A stretch of 64,000 bases of DNA, from the NCBI GenBank assembly GCA_013239625.1, contig MU053594.1, positions 584,355-648,354 of the forward strand. Reading direction: 5' to 3'. Below, one piece after another: positions 13,187 through 26,630 of this stretch. The DNA is from Lama guanicoe. Its lineage: Eukaryota. The translations under genes and the position numbers were made by a program. Under the pieces are notes generated by a model that saw only the letters and a list, made by a program, of their open reading frames with translations, made no database searches and was not told the origin of the DNA. How positions within the stretch are numbered: the first letter of the stretch is position 1; the number at the start of each line of letters is the position of its first letter.

Positions 13187-13910
13187 TTGGTGCAGCCACG
13201 ATGGAGAACAGTATGGCGTTTCCTTAAAAAACTAAACATAGAGTTACCATATGATCCAGCAGTCCCATTCCTGAGCAAATATCTGGAGAAAACTCTAATT
13301 CAAAAAGATAAAAGATACATGAATCTAAATGTTTGTAACAGCACTACTTACAGTAGCCAAGACATGGAAGCAACATAAAGGTCCATCGACAGATGATTGG
13401 ATAAAGCAGATGTGGTGTATATATACAATGGAATATTATTCAGCCATAGAAAGAATGAAATAATGCCATTTGCAGCAACATGGATGGACCTAGAGATCAT
13501 CATACTAAGTGAAGTAAGTCAGACAGAGAAAGACAAATATGATATGGTATCACTTATATGTGGAATCTAAAAAATGATACAAATGAACTTATTTTCAAAA
13601 CAGAAACAGACTCATAGACATAGAAAACAAACTTATGGGTACCAAAGGGGAAATGAGGGGGTGGATAAATTGGGAGTTTGGGATTAACAGACACACATTA
13701 CTATATATAAAATAGATAAACAACAAGGACCTACTGTACAGCACAGGGAACTGTATTCAGTATCTTGTAATAACCTATAGTGGAAAAGAACCTGTAAAAG
13801 AATATGTGTGTATATATATATAAACACACACACACACCCCTCTGAATCACTTTGCTGTACACCTGAAACTAACACAACATTGTAAAGCAACTGTATTTCA
13901 ATTAAAAAAC
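13187..13910 (+). mobile_element. L1 3' end (ORF2 C-terminus plus 3'UTR), 5'-truncated
   Basis: Translation LVQPRWRTVWRFLKKLNIELPYDPAVPFL is L1 ORF2 C-terminal. atgccatttgcagcaacatggatggacctagag follows. Degenerate TSD AAAACCTT…CCA(T/C)AGA at 13171-13186 and 13911-13927. Confidence 0.93.
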
Positions 13911-14459
13911 AAAACCTTTGCCACAGAGAAGACACTAAAGAACAATTCTCTTCTGCTGGGTCAAGAGAAGAAATGGGAGTAGAGCTCAGGGCTGGTTCCA
14001 GAGCCCTAGACTCTTGGTCCTACACAGTCATCTCTCAAATGGGCATCCAGACTTCCCTAAGTCAGAGTGTATTATTAACTTAGTCAGTAGATCTGAGAAA
14101 AATCACTTGATTTCTCTGAGTTTTATCTATAAGATGAAGAAATCAGACAGCCCCTGAGATACTCAAGGTCCTTTCCAGCTCAAAAATGTTGTTTCTAAGG
14201 CACTTCAAATCCCCCCATTAGTTGAAATTGAATGAGCAGCAGAATGACTTCTCTCTCATTGCAGCAAGCTTTTCTTTCAACCCTAATTATCCTTGACATT
14301 AGCTGTTTTATTTATTAGTATTATTGTTACTATTAGAACAGCTTCTATTTTCTGCTGATCAGCCTCGATCACTCCCAGGAAAACAATCAGCCAGAAACTA
14401 GAACAGTCTGGGTCTGAGACCAATGGAGTTCACGTAGTGAGCACTGTTATCACTTTGAC

Positions 14460-14590
14460 CTTCTCTCCTCCTATTCCTCCACTGGGTTATCCTCCTTTCT
14501 CCTCTTCTCTCTTTCCATTTCGTCTCTTCTCTCCCCCACTCTCCTCTAGCTTCCTCTTTCTCTCCTTCTTCCTCTCTTCCTTCCCTCACC
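14460..14590. repeat. Low-complexity CT-rich tract
   Basis: Nearly all pyrimidines on the + strand. Confidence 0.7.
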
Positions 14591-14839
14591 CAGCCAGGTT
14601 CTCCACTGCCCCTGCCACTCCTGCCTTCTCTTACTCAAATACTAGGAGCCCTGGCCAACCTGGTTTTATGTTCTTCTTGAGCCATGGACTAAGCCACACT
14701 TTGCTGGGCAGGTGGTGGGGAGGGGATGAAAGGGCTGGAGGCACTACCTGCCCCCATGCTCTTCAGTACTTGCCTCTCCAAATGCAACACGAGCCCATGC
14801 TAATAGAAAACAAAAAAGAAAGGAAAAACCTCCCAGCCC

Positions 14840-15041
14840 ATTACGGATTAAACGTGTTGTCCCCAGTTCGTATGTTGAAACCCTACCACTCAATATGGTG
14901 GTATCAGGTGAGGCCCTTGGGAGCTAATTAGGATTAGATGAAATCACGAGGCTGGAGCCCTCATGAATGGGATTAGTGCCCTTTTAAGAGTCAGGAGAGA
15001 ACTTGCTTTGTCTCTCTCTCTCTGCCACATGAGGATGTAAG
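14840..15041 (+). mobile_element. MLT1A-like MaLR LTR (5' part)
   Basis: ttcgtatgttgaaacccta…ggagccctcatgaatgggattagtgccctt…tctgccacatgagga. Confidence 0.8.
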
Positions 15042-15404
15042 GAGTATTATCTCTTTAATACATCATTCTAAATATTTCATTGTATTATTTTCTTTTCAAT
15101 TTTCTTATGATGTCTTTTGTTATGAACTAAAAAAACTTCTGTAGTTAAATAGCTCATCTTTCCCTGTTTCCTTATACGACCATTGGGACATATGCTGTGT
15201 GATCCAATTATTTTCTGTCATTTGGTTGCGCTGACCTAGGAATATTGGTCATATCAAACACTAAATTTAAAAATGATCACTCTTTAAATTAAAATTAAGT
15301 TTTTTATAGAAGTATGTGCTATCAAGTGATCTGAAATTTGTAATATTTTTTGTCATGAATTGTACTGCTCCCAATTATTGTAATGTAATAAAAAGTTACA
15401 GTGA

Positions 15405-16750
15405 CAAAAAAAAATTCCCATGACATTTCCACTAAACTAAAAGCAATCCTAAAGTTTATAGGGAACCACAGAAGACCTGATAGCCAAAGCAATCCTGAGC
15501 AATAAAAAGCTGGAAGTAATGTGACAATGAGTGTGTATATGTCCATGAATGACTGAAAAATTGTGCTGAACACTGGAATTTGACACAACATTGTAAAATG
15601 ATTATAAATCAATAAAAAATGTTAAAAAAAAAAGCTGGAAGTACCATGGTCCCTGTCTTCAGACTATACTACTAAGCTACATTCATCAAAACAGTATAGT
15701 CCCTGTGTAAAAACAGACACATAGATCAATGGAACAGAATAGGGAGCCCAGAAAGAAACCCACACACACATGGTCAATTAATCTACAACAAAAGTGGCAA
15801 AAATGTATAATAGGGAAAAGACAATTTCTTCAATTAAGTGGAAGACTGGACAGCTACATGTAAAAGAATAAAATCAGAACACTTTCTTGCACCATCTACA
15901 AAAATAAACTCAAAATGGATTAAAGACCTAAATGGAAGATCAGAAACCATAGAACTCCTAGAAGAAAACATAGGCAGAACTCTCTTTGACATATGTCATA
16001 GAAATACTTTTTTTTTTTTGGATCTGTCTCTTAAGGCAAAGGAAACAAAAGCAAAAATAAACAAATGGGGCCTAATCAAACTTAAAAGTTTGGTGCAGCA
16101 AAGGAAAGCATTGACAAAATGAGAAGACAACATACTGCATGAGTGAAAATATTCACAAATGGTATAACCGATAAGTGATTAATATCTAAAATATACAAAC
16201 ATTCATACAACTTAACACCAAAAAAAAACCCAATTAAAAAACAAGCAGAAGACTTGAATAGACATTTTTCCGAAGAAGATATACAGATAGCAAACAGGTA
16301 CATGTAAAGATAAGCAAGGTTGCTAATCATCAGGTAAATGCAAGTCAAATCAATGAAATGTCACCTCACACTTGTCAGAATGACTCTCTTTAAAAAGGCC
16401 ACAAATTACAAATGTTAGTGAGGATGTGGAGAAAAGGAACTCTAGTACGCTTTTAGTGGGAAGGTAAATTGGTACAGCTACTATAGGAAACAGCATGGAG
16501 ATTCCTCAAAAGACTAAAAATAGAACTACCCTATTATCCAGAAATTCTACTCCTAGGTAAAAATCTGAAGAAAATCAAAACACTAATTTGATAAGATACA
16601 TGTACCTCGGCGTTCATAGCAACACTATTTACAATAGGCTAAATATGGAAGCAACCTAGTTGTCTATCAATAGATGAATGGATAAAGAAGATGTGGTGTA
16701 TATATATAATATATATATATATATTATATATATATTATTCCTCAGCCATA
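15405..16750 (+). mobile_element. Decayed L1 ORF2 (3' half)
   Basis: ORF 15838-16122, WTATCKRIKSEHFLAPSTKINSKWIKDLNGRSETIELLEENIG, is L1 ORF2; multiple stops and frameshifts. Confidence 0.93.
15519..15628 (+). mobile_element. Young ~110-bp L1 3' tail nested inside the older L1
   Basis: Perfect 15-bp TSD AAAAAGCTGGAAGTA at 15504-15518 and 15629-15643; AATAAA and A-tail. Confidence 0.88.
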
Positions 16751-17127
16751 ACCAGGTCTAGTTATCCCATGGGAAGAAATGAGTATGAAGTCCCAGCAAT
16801 AGGAAATGAACTAACCATGGGAGCTGAAGACCTTAAGTTCTTGCTCTTTGCCTGTTGACTGGATAATTTAGGATCAGCTGCAATATCTGTGCAGTTAGGA
16901 CTTTTTGTTACTTTTTATCTAAAGATATTTCTTATTGGTAATGACACACATGGGGTTTTTGTAAACCTGATTTTTCTCAATACACCTTTAGAGGTTTTAA
17001 AATTGTTTTACATCTGATCAAGTTGAGATCTTTAAGAGCTCATTTTTAATGTGTAATCAAAGTTTACAACTTAATTTTTTTCCAAAAAAGTCAATAAACT
17101 GCAAGCACCTGTTAGTAGAGTTCTAGA

Positions 17128-17172
<45 letters not shown>
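17128..17172. repeat. (AAT)15 microsatellite
   Basis: Read directly. Confidence 0.95.
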
Positions 17173-17173
<1 letters not shown>

Positions 17174-17678
17174 TACTATCTCTATCTCTATTCAGCTAAG
17201 TGATTCTTCCTTAAAATTATAAATAAATGTTGCATTTTATCAAAAGATTTTTCCACATTTATTCAGCTAGTCATGTGATTTTTTTCTCCTTATCCTATTA
17301 ATAATGTAAATTACCTTGATTGACTTAATGCATGTTTTTCCTTCCCCTCTCCTGGTTGAGAACACCAAGAATGAGGAAGATGGCAGGGGGAGCTGCACTT
17401 TTCAGGGCCCCATACAGATCCTGCATCAGAGGCAGAAGAACCTTGGGCTGCCTTCTCCACCAAGTCTGGCTGTCACTTATCCAACCCAGAGGCCCCTTCC
17501 TCCCCCTATGTAAGTTCCTCTAGGTGTAACGTTAAATATTTTTACATTTTAAACGTATTTTTATAAGATAAATTCTTATAAGAGGAATTGCTGTGTCATG
17601 AACATTTTTCGCTGTCTTGGTCTTGATAACAGACCATTTCTTCCCTGAAGAAGCCACATTGGAGAGAGAAATGCCCTC

Positions 17679-18051
17679 TGTATTAGTTATTTATTGCAGG
17701 CAACAAATTACTGCAAAACTTGATGGCTTAAAACAATAATAAAAGTTTATTATCCTCACAGTTTCTGTGACTCAGAAGTTTGGGAATGCCTTAGCTGCAT
17801 GGTTTCTGACTTGAGGTCTCTTGTGAGATGGTTATAAGGATGTGAGACAGGGCTGCAGCAGTGGAAGGCTTGTCTGAGGCTAGAGAGCTACTTTCAAGAC
17901 AACCTACTCATGTGGCTGGCAAGTTGGTGCCAGTCCTTGACAGGTGGCTTCAACTTCTCCCTTAATGTGGGCTCTCCACACGCTGCTTGAGTATTGTCAG
18001 GACATAGCTGTCAGATTCCCCAGAACAAGCTACCCTAGAGTGAGAACTAGC

Positions 18052-18119
<68 letters not shown>

Positions 18120-18288
18120 ATGAGCAATGGCTTTTGACTAGCTTTGGAAATCACACACCATCGCTTCTGCCGTACTCTGTTCCTTAGAAACACGTCACTG
18201 GCGCACATTGAAGGCAGGGGGAATTGGAGTCCACCTTTTGAAGGAACAGGTGTCAAAGAAGTTGTAGGTGTATTTCAAAACCATCACA
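17679..18288 (-). mobile_element. MLT1 (F/G/H-like) MaLR solo LTR
   Basis: tgtattagttatttattg…ggcttaaaacaata…cacagtttctgtgactcagaa…ttcaaaaccatcaca; 5-bp TSD-like CCCTC/GCCTC. Confidence 0.85.
18056..18115. repeat. (GA)30 microsatellite inside the MLT1 LTR
   Basis: Read directly. Confidence 0.95.
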
Positions 18289-20647
18289 GCCTCTCTGTAA
18301 GCCAAGTTTAAGTGGTTTGCTCTCTTTGCATGAGCCTTCAAAAATATGTTTCTAAGGAGAATTTCTCAGCCCGTTGAAGTCACCGAGGCAAATGGGATCA
18401 GCTGGTGAGGGTGTGGAATTGGGCTACAGGCTGTCAAGCACCTGCTGCCCTTCGTGTCCAGTGTCCTTAGTGTCTTGGCTACTATCCAGCCTCAAGATTT
18501 ATGTCTTAATTATATAAATAGAGCAGTTACGCCTTCAAGGGCTCTGGTAAGCTAATTACTAAACAAGAAATCAATGCCACTGAAGTCAAGACTACTGAAT
18601 CCCAAGGCACCCGACACTCTGGCTGTAACTGTGGCACTGAGGACCTTACTGAAGTGGAGCACACCAGAGAGCTTGGAGGGAAGAGGGCCCTTCTCACCAG
18701 GGGCTAGAAACAATCCCTGGCCACCCTCTCCCATCCCACGGCCACCTCTGCATTTACCCAATCAGTGAGTAACAGCTCAGGCTCTGGAAAGTGACCATAT
18801 GGATTATTATGGACAGTGCCAGTGAGGAGGGAGGGAGGGGCTCCAACCAGAGCATCAGCTCAGTTGGATGTGACATTTACATTTCGAGGACTGAGGCAGG
18901 GTGAGAGGGTTTCACTGAGGCCCCTTCCTCCCCAACTCTCTGCTTTGCATGAGATGTCTGATTGCCCTTAACAACAGACAAGACTGGACAGAGAGGTCTC
19001 CTAACCCTTAAGGCCCCTGGAGGCAGAAGAGCACCCACTGTCCTCACTGTCCACACACTGTCCTCCCCTACTCCCACATCGCAGGGCTCTGGGCTCTGTC
19101 TCTCTTGCATTATGTGGCTCTTTTCCTTTTAATTCCAAGTCGCCTTGTCTCATCCTCAGCTTTCAGCCAGTGCTACTACAGAAAATAGCCATGTGCGATC
19201 TGGTTCTGCAATTATAAAAATACTGTTGAGGACCAGGACTGGTACATCTACAATAAGACGATGAGGGGCAGTGTTGTCTGCTGTTCCAGAATTGTGGCCA
19301 GTGTCCAAACCAAAGCAGTGACAAGAGGCACTGAGGAACTCTGCATTCTAAAGCGTACAGCCCAAGAGCAGAACCCGTGCATCCTGGGGATATGACAATG
19401 TGGTCTGAAAACCATAGGTTGCAGAATCAGCCTGCCACGTTCAGTCTACATGCCATCTTGACCTTTGCTCCTCCATTCTTATTTATACGAAAAAAGGATC
19501 AGGGGATGTGGGGAGATGGCATCAGAACCTTACAGTGTTTGTGGTGAGGGGCGATTCCCTTTTCTCCCAGTGGGAAGACATATGTGGTCACAGAGACCGC
19601 TGGCTACTTCGGGTCTGGAGGGTCCCATGTGGGACTTACGGAAGTGGTCCATGCTGGTAGAGAGAGAAGGTACAGTAGAGGGCCTTGGAAGGGAGGACTG
19701 GAGGTACCCACATCCCTTCCCCTCAGCCCTCGGAGAACACAAAAGAAGCCATAGCCTTTCCTGTGGTTCCATTTACAGAAGCGTGGAATGTGGAGGGCCA
19801 GGAGCTGGGGGCTGCTGGAACGGTCAAGTGCTGGAGGCCCTCCATCCAGAGGAGGGTGAGGGCTGTAGCCCAGATTGAAGGGGGACTTTGCCACCTCCTC
19901 TCTGAACGTGTCCTTATATGAGAGGAGACCCAGGTTGAGTGGAGCATTGCTCCCAAACACCACCCCACTTTCCCCTAACTTCACATGGGACCAGGCTGAA
20001 CCAGACCAAGATCAGACATGCCTCTTCACCACCACCACTGGCCCTCAGCCATGCTGAGATGCCTCCTGCCTCCCCACCCCTCCTTCCTGCCCCTAAGCTC
20101 AGAAGGCTACACCCAGGAGAGGGGGCAGGAGAGGCTGAGGGGAAAGAAAAGACCTCACTGTCCTTTCTCTGGGTCCCTAGAGCCATGTCTTCCTGGGCTT
20201 GGAGGGAGAGGAAGAGCTTTGAATCAGATCCAAATTGGGAGTTTTAATCTGGACTGAGTTTTTAATGACTGAAAGTGACAGGAACATTCACTTTCTGCCC
20301 AAAATATCATTAAGTGATGGGGAAAAGGGATTCAACAGCACACAGCAGAAAGCAGTGACTGGAAAAAATTAACTTCCATGTTTATACGCCACTGAGTTGA
20401 GAATCTTCAATAACCCACCGTACATCATTCCAGTCAATGCTCCCTAACGAAAGCCCTGTGGAGGGAAATTATTTTCAGAATCTCTTGCAAGGCTCCCGAG
20501 GACATGAGGAAATGAGCGCATTCATATACTATGCGAGTTAAGATAAAGTGGAAAAGCCTTTGGCGGGGGACAATTTAGAAATATGGATCATAAGCCTTAA
20601 AAAGTGCATACCTTTCAATCAGCAGTTTTATTCCTAAGGATATATTT

Positions 20648-21130
20648 ATTATTTCAACAGATTTGTTATGGCATATCAACTATGTGCCAGGCACTGTGCA
20701 GGTACATTAAACAAGATGGGCATGGTCCCTGTCCTTACGGACCTTTCAGCTTAGTGAAGGGGAGACAGGGAAACAGCATATTATTACAACACAGCTTGAA
20801 TCATTCTCTAGCAGAAAGAAGAGCGGGTGACAGTGGCCACCATGGGAGGGATATCTGATCCAGCCTGGGGTGATAATGGTGATGGTAGTGTGTCAGGGGA
20901 GGCTCATCTGAGGACGTGATCTCTGAAAGATGAATAGAGATGAGCTAGGCATGGGATGGCAGGTGAAGAGAAAGTGTTCTAGGCAGGAAGACTATTACAA
21001 AATCACAGAGGCAGAGAGAGCATGGCAAGCTTAAGGAACTCAAAGTTTGGTTTGGCCAGAAGCAAGAGTGAGAGAATGATAAGGGGGGAGGCTGGAAAGA
21101 GAGGGAAGGGACCCTAAGGAAATTATGGAG
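20648..21130 (-). mobile_element. L2 3' fragment
   Basis: ttcaacagatttgtt…ctatgtgccaggcactgtgc…ggtccctgtcctta. Confidence 0.7.
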
Positions 21131-21924
21131 GTGCATTGAAGGCTCACCAAAGCATCAGTGATGATTATGATGGCTGAAGCTCAGAGACAACTTAGATGTC
21201 AAATAATGGGTTCCCAGTAACACCAGTACGATAGAACACTGCACAGCTGCAAATGATGCTGTGGAAGAGTATTTATTGACATGAAATATGTTCAATGTTA
21301 TACCATCAAATGAAAAAATCAGGATATAAAATAAAATGTATATTATGGTCTTATTTTTCTGAGATCAGATAGGTTCAGGCATGTTCAGAATGGTATGGCT
21401 GTAGACATAGCATCTTATTTTTATTAAAATTATACAAAGAGTCTGGGGGAAATATGTAAATGATTAATACTTATCTCTGGGTGCTGGAATTGTGGGTAAT
21501 TTCATTCCTTCCTTTTTGCTTAACTGTGGATTCTACTGTAATTTATCTGCGTTAACAAAGAAGAAAGTGAAAGTTATAAGACATAAAATCATTGAAATGT
21601 AAGCTGCAAAAAACATTGGTGCCAGGAGAATCTTGGTCTTCCTGCTAAGCACGAAGAAATTGTTCAAAATTGAGAAGGGGATGTTGGTGTAAATGCAACT
21701 GATATGAATATCAATTTTAACATTTATGGGCTTCAACTGACTCTGCAAGCACCTTCAGACTGTCCACCTTGGCACATGCTGCCGTCCCAGACTCACGCAG
21801 GAGTGGCCGGGCCCCAGGCAGCACCAGCTTTTCTTGGACTTCGCCAGGTCTGACTCTACCTCCTTCTTGGTCCTTGTGTAACAAAGCTTCATTCTCTAGT
21901 TTCATCTCAGATGCTTCTTTTCAT

Positions 21925-22093
21925 TTTATCAGACAGCTTTGTTGAGGCATAATTTATATACCAAAAAGTCGCACATATTTAATATATATAATTTGATGAG
22001 TTTGGCCATATGCATCCCCTTAAGAAACCGTTTACCTCAATCAAGGTCACAAACATATCCATCATGTCCAAAAGTTTCCTTGTGCCTCCTTGT

Positions 22094-22136
<43 letters not shown>

Positions 22137-22272
22137 AACACTTAACATGGAATCAACCATCTAAACAAAATTTTGAGTGCACAATTCAAGTATTGTTAGC
22201 CATAAGTGCTATGTTGTATAGTGGATCTCTAGAATTTATTCATCTTGTATAACTGAAACTTTATACCCATTG
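21925..22272 (-). mobile_element. L1M (A/B) 3'UTR fragments with (TG)n at 22095-22133
   Basis: cagctttgttgaggcataatttatata…ggatctctagaatttattcatcttgtataactgaaactttatacccattga. Confidence 0.8.
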
Positions 22273-22864
22273 AAAGCTTTGCAAGCAGATAAAGTCTGTT
22301 AAAGGCCTATGAATTCCAATGACTTCCAATGGACCATATAGCTTTGTCTAAGAAATAAGCATCTTCGGCTGATCCTACCAGTGTGGCGCATGTTGGACGT
22401 GCACACACACATCTAGCCTTATGAATAGATGTCTATGTCTTATGGAGACACATACTGCTGAGGGTAGAGAAGCTTGTGGTGTGCTTTCTCCTCTTTGGTA
22501 ACAATTCTTGTTTTAGCTATCATGATTTCTTTTTGCCCTGGATGTATGTAGTCAGAAATCATCTGATGCTCAATTATTAGGGTGAAAGAGGAGCTATTTA
22601 GAGTCAGCACTTTGCATTGAATTGCATCCTTGAATATGACACTGTTCCAGGCTTAAGCAGACCCGTCTCCTCTTTGTCCCTTGAAAGAAGTATGTTTCCC
22701 CTTCCCCGTTCCTGAGCTCATGCTGGCCTTCTCACCAAGAGTTCCTTCTCTGCTCCACTTACGGTCTAGCCAAATGCTACTGACCTGTCACCGTCCAGCT
22801 CAAGTCTCACCTATGTGACAACTTTCCCAGTGTAACAATTCACACGAGTCTGGAGTCTATGTGC

Positions 22865-23050
22865 TTCACAGAAAGAGCATAGGTTTTATCATTGGAAGCC
22901 CTAAGATCCAACTGTGACTTCACTACTTACCATTTGAGTGATCTTGGGAAATTTATGTAACCTTTGAGAAATTCAGGTTTTTTTTTCCCTACAGAGATGG
23001 TATGAAAATTACAAGATAATGTAAGTCCTTTAAATTACCAAACACGACAC
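22865..23050 (+). mobile_element. MIR SINE
   Basis: cactacttaccatttgagtgatcttgggaaatttatgtaacct. Confidence 0.6.
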
Positions 23051-23967
23051 ATATTCAACAAACATTTATTAAGCACCCACTGTGCCACTGACATTAAACT
23101 AGACATCACACAAATGCCAGTTTTGTTATAACACTCAATAATCAATAGCACGTTACCAGGGAATCTAGCAGATAACATTCCGCTTTGTGCCTCTCATGTT
23201 TCACCTGTGAATATCTTGTTGACACTTTTGTGTTTTGTATGTTAATTATTTTGTGTTATGAAATATTTATCCAGTTCCTACTGTGAGCCTAGTGGGGATA
23301 AAGTGAAGAATAAAAACCCACCCTCCTGCAGTTGCATGGATGCAGAGAGGAACTTTGAAGGCTTTAAGCAAGGCAGTGATTTGATGGGATTTGTGTCTTA
23401 AAAGTATGTCATTTTGGAACTTTCTTCTCTTCTTTGCCTGGCCAAGTCCTTCCGTTCTTTTCTCAAATTTGAGGTCCCCTCCTCCAAGGATACTTCCCTG
23501 ACCTTCCATGTGCACTCTTCATGTCCCCAGACAGCTCTCAGCACCCTGGGTTGTAAATGTCTGATTACTTGTCTATTGGCCTCTGGGCCATGATTTCCAT
23601 GGGGCTGACAGAGCTCCTGCCTATCTTTTCACTTTTGTATCCTCTGTGTCCAGCCAGAGCACAGAGCAGGTGCTCAGTAAATATTGCTGAAAAAATGGTA
23701 ACCCTGCAAGAGCAGTTTCAGGGAAGTATTAGAGAAAATCAGACAACAGCAAGATGAAGCAAGAATGAGAGATGAGTCCTGGAGACAGTGAGAAGAGACA
23801 CTTCTTTCAAGAATCTTACTTGAGAAGAGTAAAGGCAAGAAGAGTAATACCTAGAAGAGGACACAGGGAGATTGGGGGCTTGTTTTGTAAGGTGGAAGAG
23901 ACTTAGATATATTTAAATACTGATGGGAAATACCTGGAAGAAGAGAAGAAGATTAAGATATAGGAGG

Positions 23968-24380
23968 CTGTATTAGTCAATACCAATAATTCAATAATGC
24001 TACGTAACAAGAGAGCCCCAGTCCCAGTGGCTTCTGGTAAGAATAAACATTTATTTGATGGACTCTTGTATCTGCAGGGTGGCTCTGCATCACATTGCAG
24101 GTCTGCATATCTGGGGCCTCTCCATGTGTCTTCCATCCTTCTTGGGCCAGTGAGCTAGCTGAGCATGCTTATCTCATTGTGTTGGCAGACGTGAAGAGGG
24201 AGGATCAGAAATGTGCAAGGCTCTGAAGGCCTTGGCTCAGAACCAGTGCACTGTCACTTCTGCCCACATACCACTGTCCAAAATAAGTCGCATGGCAGGC
24301 TCAGCCTGAACATCAATCAGGTAGGGAAAAATGCTCTGCCTACAGTGCACCATGGCAAAGATGGGAAGAAAGAATTGTGA
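23968..24380 (-). mobile_element. MLT1J/K-like MaLR LTR within a long purine-rich, L2-like region (~23.7-25.4 kb)
   Basis: tgtattagtc…atgctacgtaacaa…cactgtcacttctgcccacataccactgtccaaaataagtcgcatggc. Confidence 0.7.
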
Positions 24381-26179
24381 GCTAAGAATAGAGAGGTTTG
24401 TATGCCTGGGAGAGGGAGGAAGAGAGAAACATGGAAACAACTGATGAGGTGTGTGACTTGAGGACTGAGGATGGCAAGATAATAGAATAATGACAATAGA
24501 GCAGTTCAAGGTATAAACCACGTAGTCCAGGCTAGACAGGAAAAAATGAAAGTGGAGGCTGGTAGGGTGAGCGAGTCCAGGGAACAAGAGATGCTAATGA
24601 GGCTGAGGATGAACAGGGTACAAGTAGCCGAGTAAGAGATGCTAAGGTAAGAGGTGGAAGTCAGAGACCAAGTCCTTTGAATTTAAAGTTTTCGCAGAGG
24701 CGCAGTTCAAGCTGCTGACCAGACGCAGACTGTGGCTGTGAACAGCTGATGTGGAGAGGAGGTGCAGGTAAAGCTTGGACCACAGAGGCCCTGGGAGGCT
24801 CGGGGCTTGGATGGGTGGTCCATGTAGATGATGAAATCACCCAGGGTGTCAGAGGTCTGGGTTGGAGGAGACTGTGAGGCAGGATGTCTCCAGGGGACCT
24901 GGAGAAGATAAGGATGAGGAGGGGGAGGGACATGGGTCTCAAGGAGGCAGGGCCTTACATGGAAGTAGAGGTGACATTTGTGAAAGTGGCATCAGGGAGC
25001 ATGGAGGATGTCATCCCCAGCTCCCAACAGAGATATCTGCGGATTGGGGAAGAAAGAGGAGTTCCTAATTGAGAAGCCTGTAGGAGAAACAACATTTTGG
25101 GGAAAGACACAAGTATCCGTCAAGTTAGAAAGAGAAGAGCCATTCAGTTGAAGAGTCTGAGGGAACAGGAGAGTTTGTTGACTGAACAATCGGTTCTATA
25201 GGAAACTGTGGGATCTGGCATTGCGGTGGAGGAACCCCAAGGCAGTGGGAGAGGAGAGATGAATCAGGGGAGAGACAGCGTGGGTGTGAGTCACACATCC
25301 ATGGGTCAGTTGGGGAAGGAAAGTCCCAGCTATCTCTGGAAAGAGGGAATCCAAATCCTGGCGAGTTAGTTTCTGGGACTCTCACCACGTGGGGGAACAG
25401 CAGATGTCCTTGGAGGATGAGGTGGCCCTCACTACAAGGCCCTTAAGAAATGCCTAGTACAACGCACACTTATCCAAAGAAAATACTGAATCTGTGGGCC
25501 ACCTTCTCCTCTTGAAAAGGGCCATGGCTCTAATCTCATTCAGACCAGGGACAGATGCCACAGTCACCTGATCTCTGTTGCTTCTAAACTTGGGAATTGC
25601 CTGTCCAGACATTTCCAAACCTTTGGTTATAGGTTTTGATTTCTCATTAATTTTTATGGGGTTTACCTTGATAATTAAATTACGTATGTAATTTACCAGA
25701 TCATCTTCTCCAATTAAGAAGATAATTAGCTTCCATGTTCTACCAGGTATTTATCAGCCTCTCTGTGAAAAAGAGCTTAGTGAAACAATCAGGACAGGTA
25801 ATCACATTAACAAGGGGGAGCCCCTGGGGAGGATCTGAAATATTTAACAATAGCGTGGAGAGTAATGGGACTTCATGGTCAACACGGGCCCAGGACTGAC
25901 TGTCATAGACCCAATGGCACTTGAAGGAGCATCTGGATCAGCTGGGAAGACTGGTGGACAGTCAAAAATAAAGCTAATTCTACCATTGCCTTAAAGCTAT
26001 CCAGCTGAATTAACTTGAACTGCTTTTTATTCTACTTACTGTTCTAACACCTGTAGCATTGTTTGGTCCTGTGGGGTTCTGAGCTTGGTTCTCATTCCTA
26101 GCTATTACTGGGTTTATTTACTCCATCTTGCTCTCAGTAGCCCCTGCCCTGAAATCTGGGTTTTTACGTGGGGCACTTT

Positions 26180-26630
26180 GCCAGTCTGAGTCTTTGCAGG
26201 AAACAGATAGCACACTCAAATAGGATAAATTGAGAAGAGTTTAGTTTAAAAAAAAAAAAAAGGACTACTACAAATAAGAGGTAGGCAAGGTCTAGAGGAA
26301 CCAAAAAGGATAATGAAGGCCTTCCAGCTCTGACTGCAAGACCCTATTACCACTTGTGGGGGCCAAGGGATGGAGAGCTACCAGGTGGGAAACAGATACG
26401 GAGACAGAGAACACTGTGGAGACAGCCTGGGCCCATGGTCGAGGAGTGAACCAACCCCCATTTGGGGACTGATCTCCAACCTCATTCTCTTCCATTCTTC
26501 TGATTTCCTTCCAATGGCCAACCCAGTGCCCTGAGTGCAGAGATGGGGGCCTTGATACAGTCCATAAAGTTCAGCACAGGTGGAGAAGGGTAGAGGGTAT
26601 CCCTGGAAGGGTAAATATGAGATCTCCAGC
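26180..26630 (-). mobile_element. LTR33-like ERVL LTR
   Basis: gcaggaaacagatagcacactcaaa…ttgatacagtccata…cagcacaggtggagaagggtagag…ctggaagggtaaa. Confidence 0.6.

Noticed and set aside
15838..16122. Protein-like ORF (also 13034-13378, 29793-30104, 51675-51998)
   Set aside because: Fragments of decayed L1 ORF2, not host genes.
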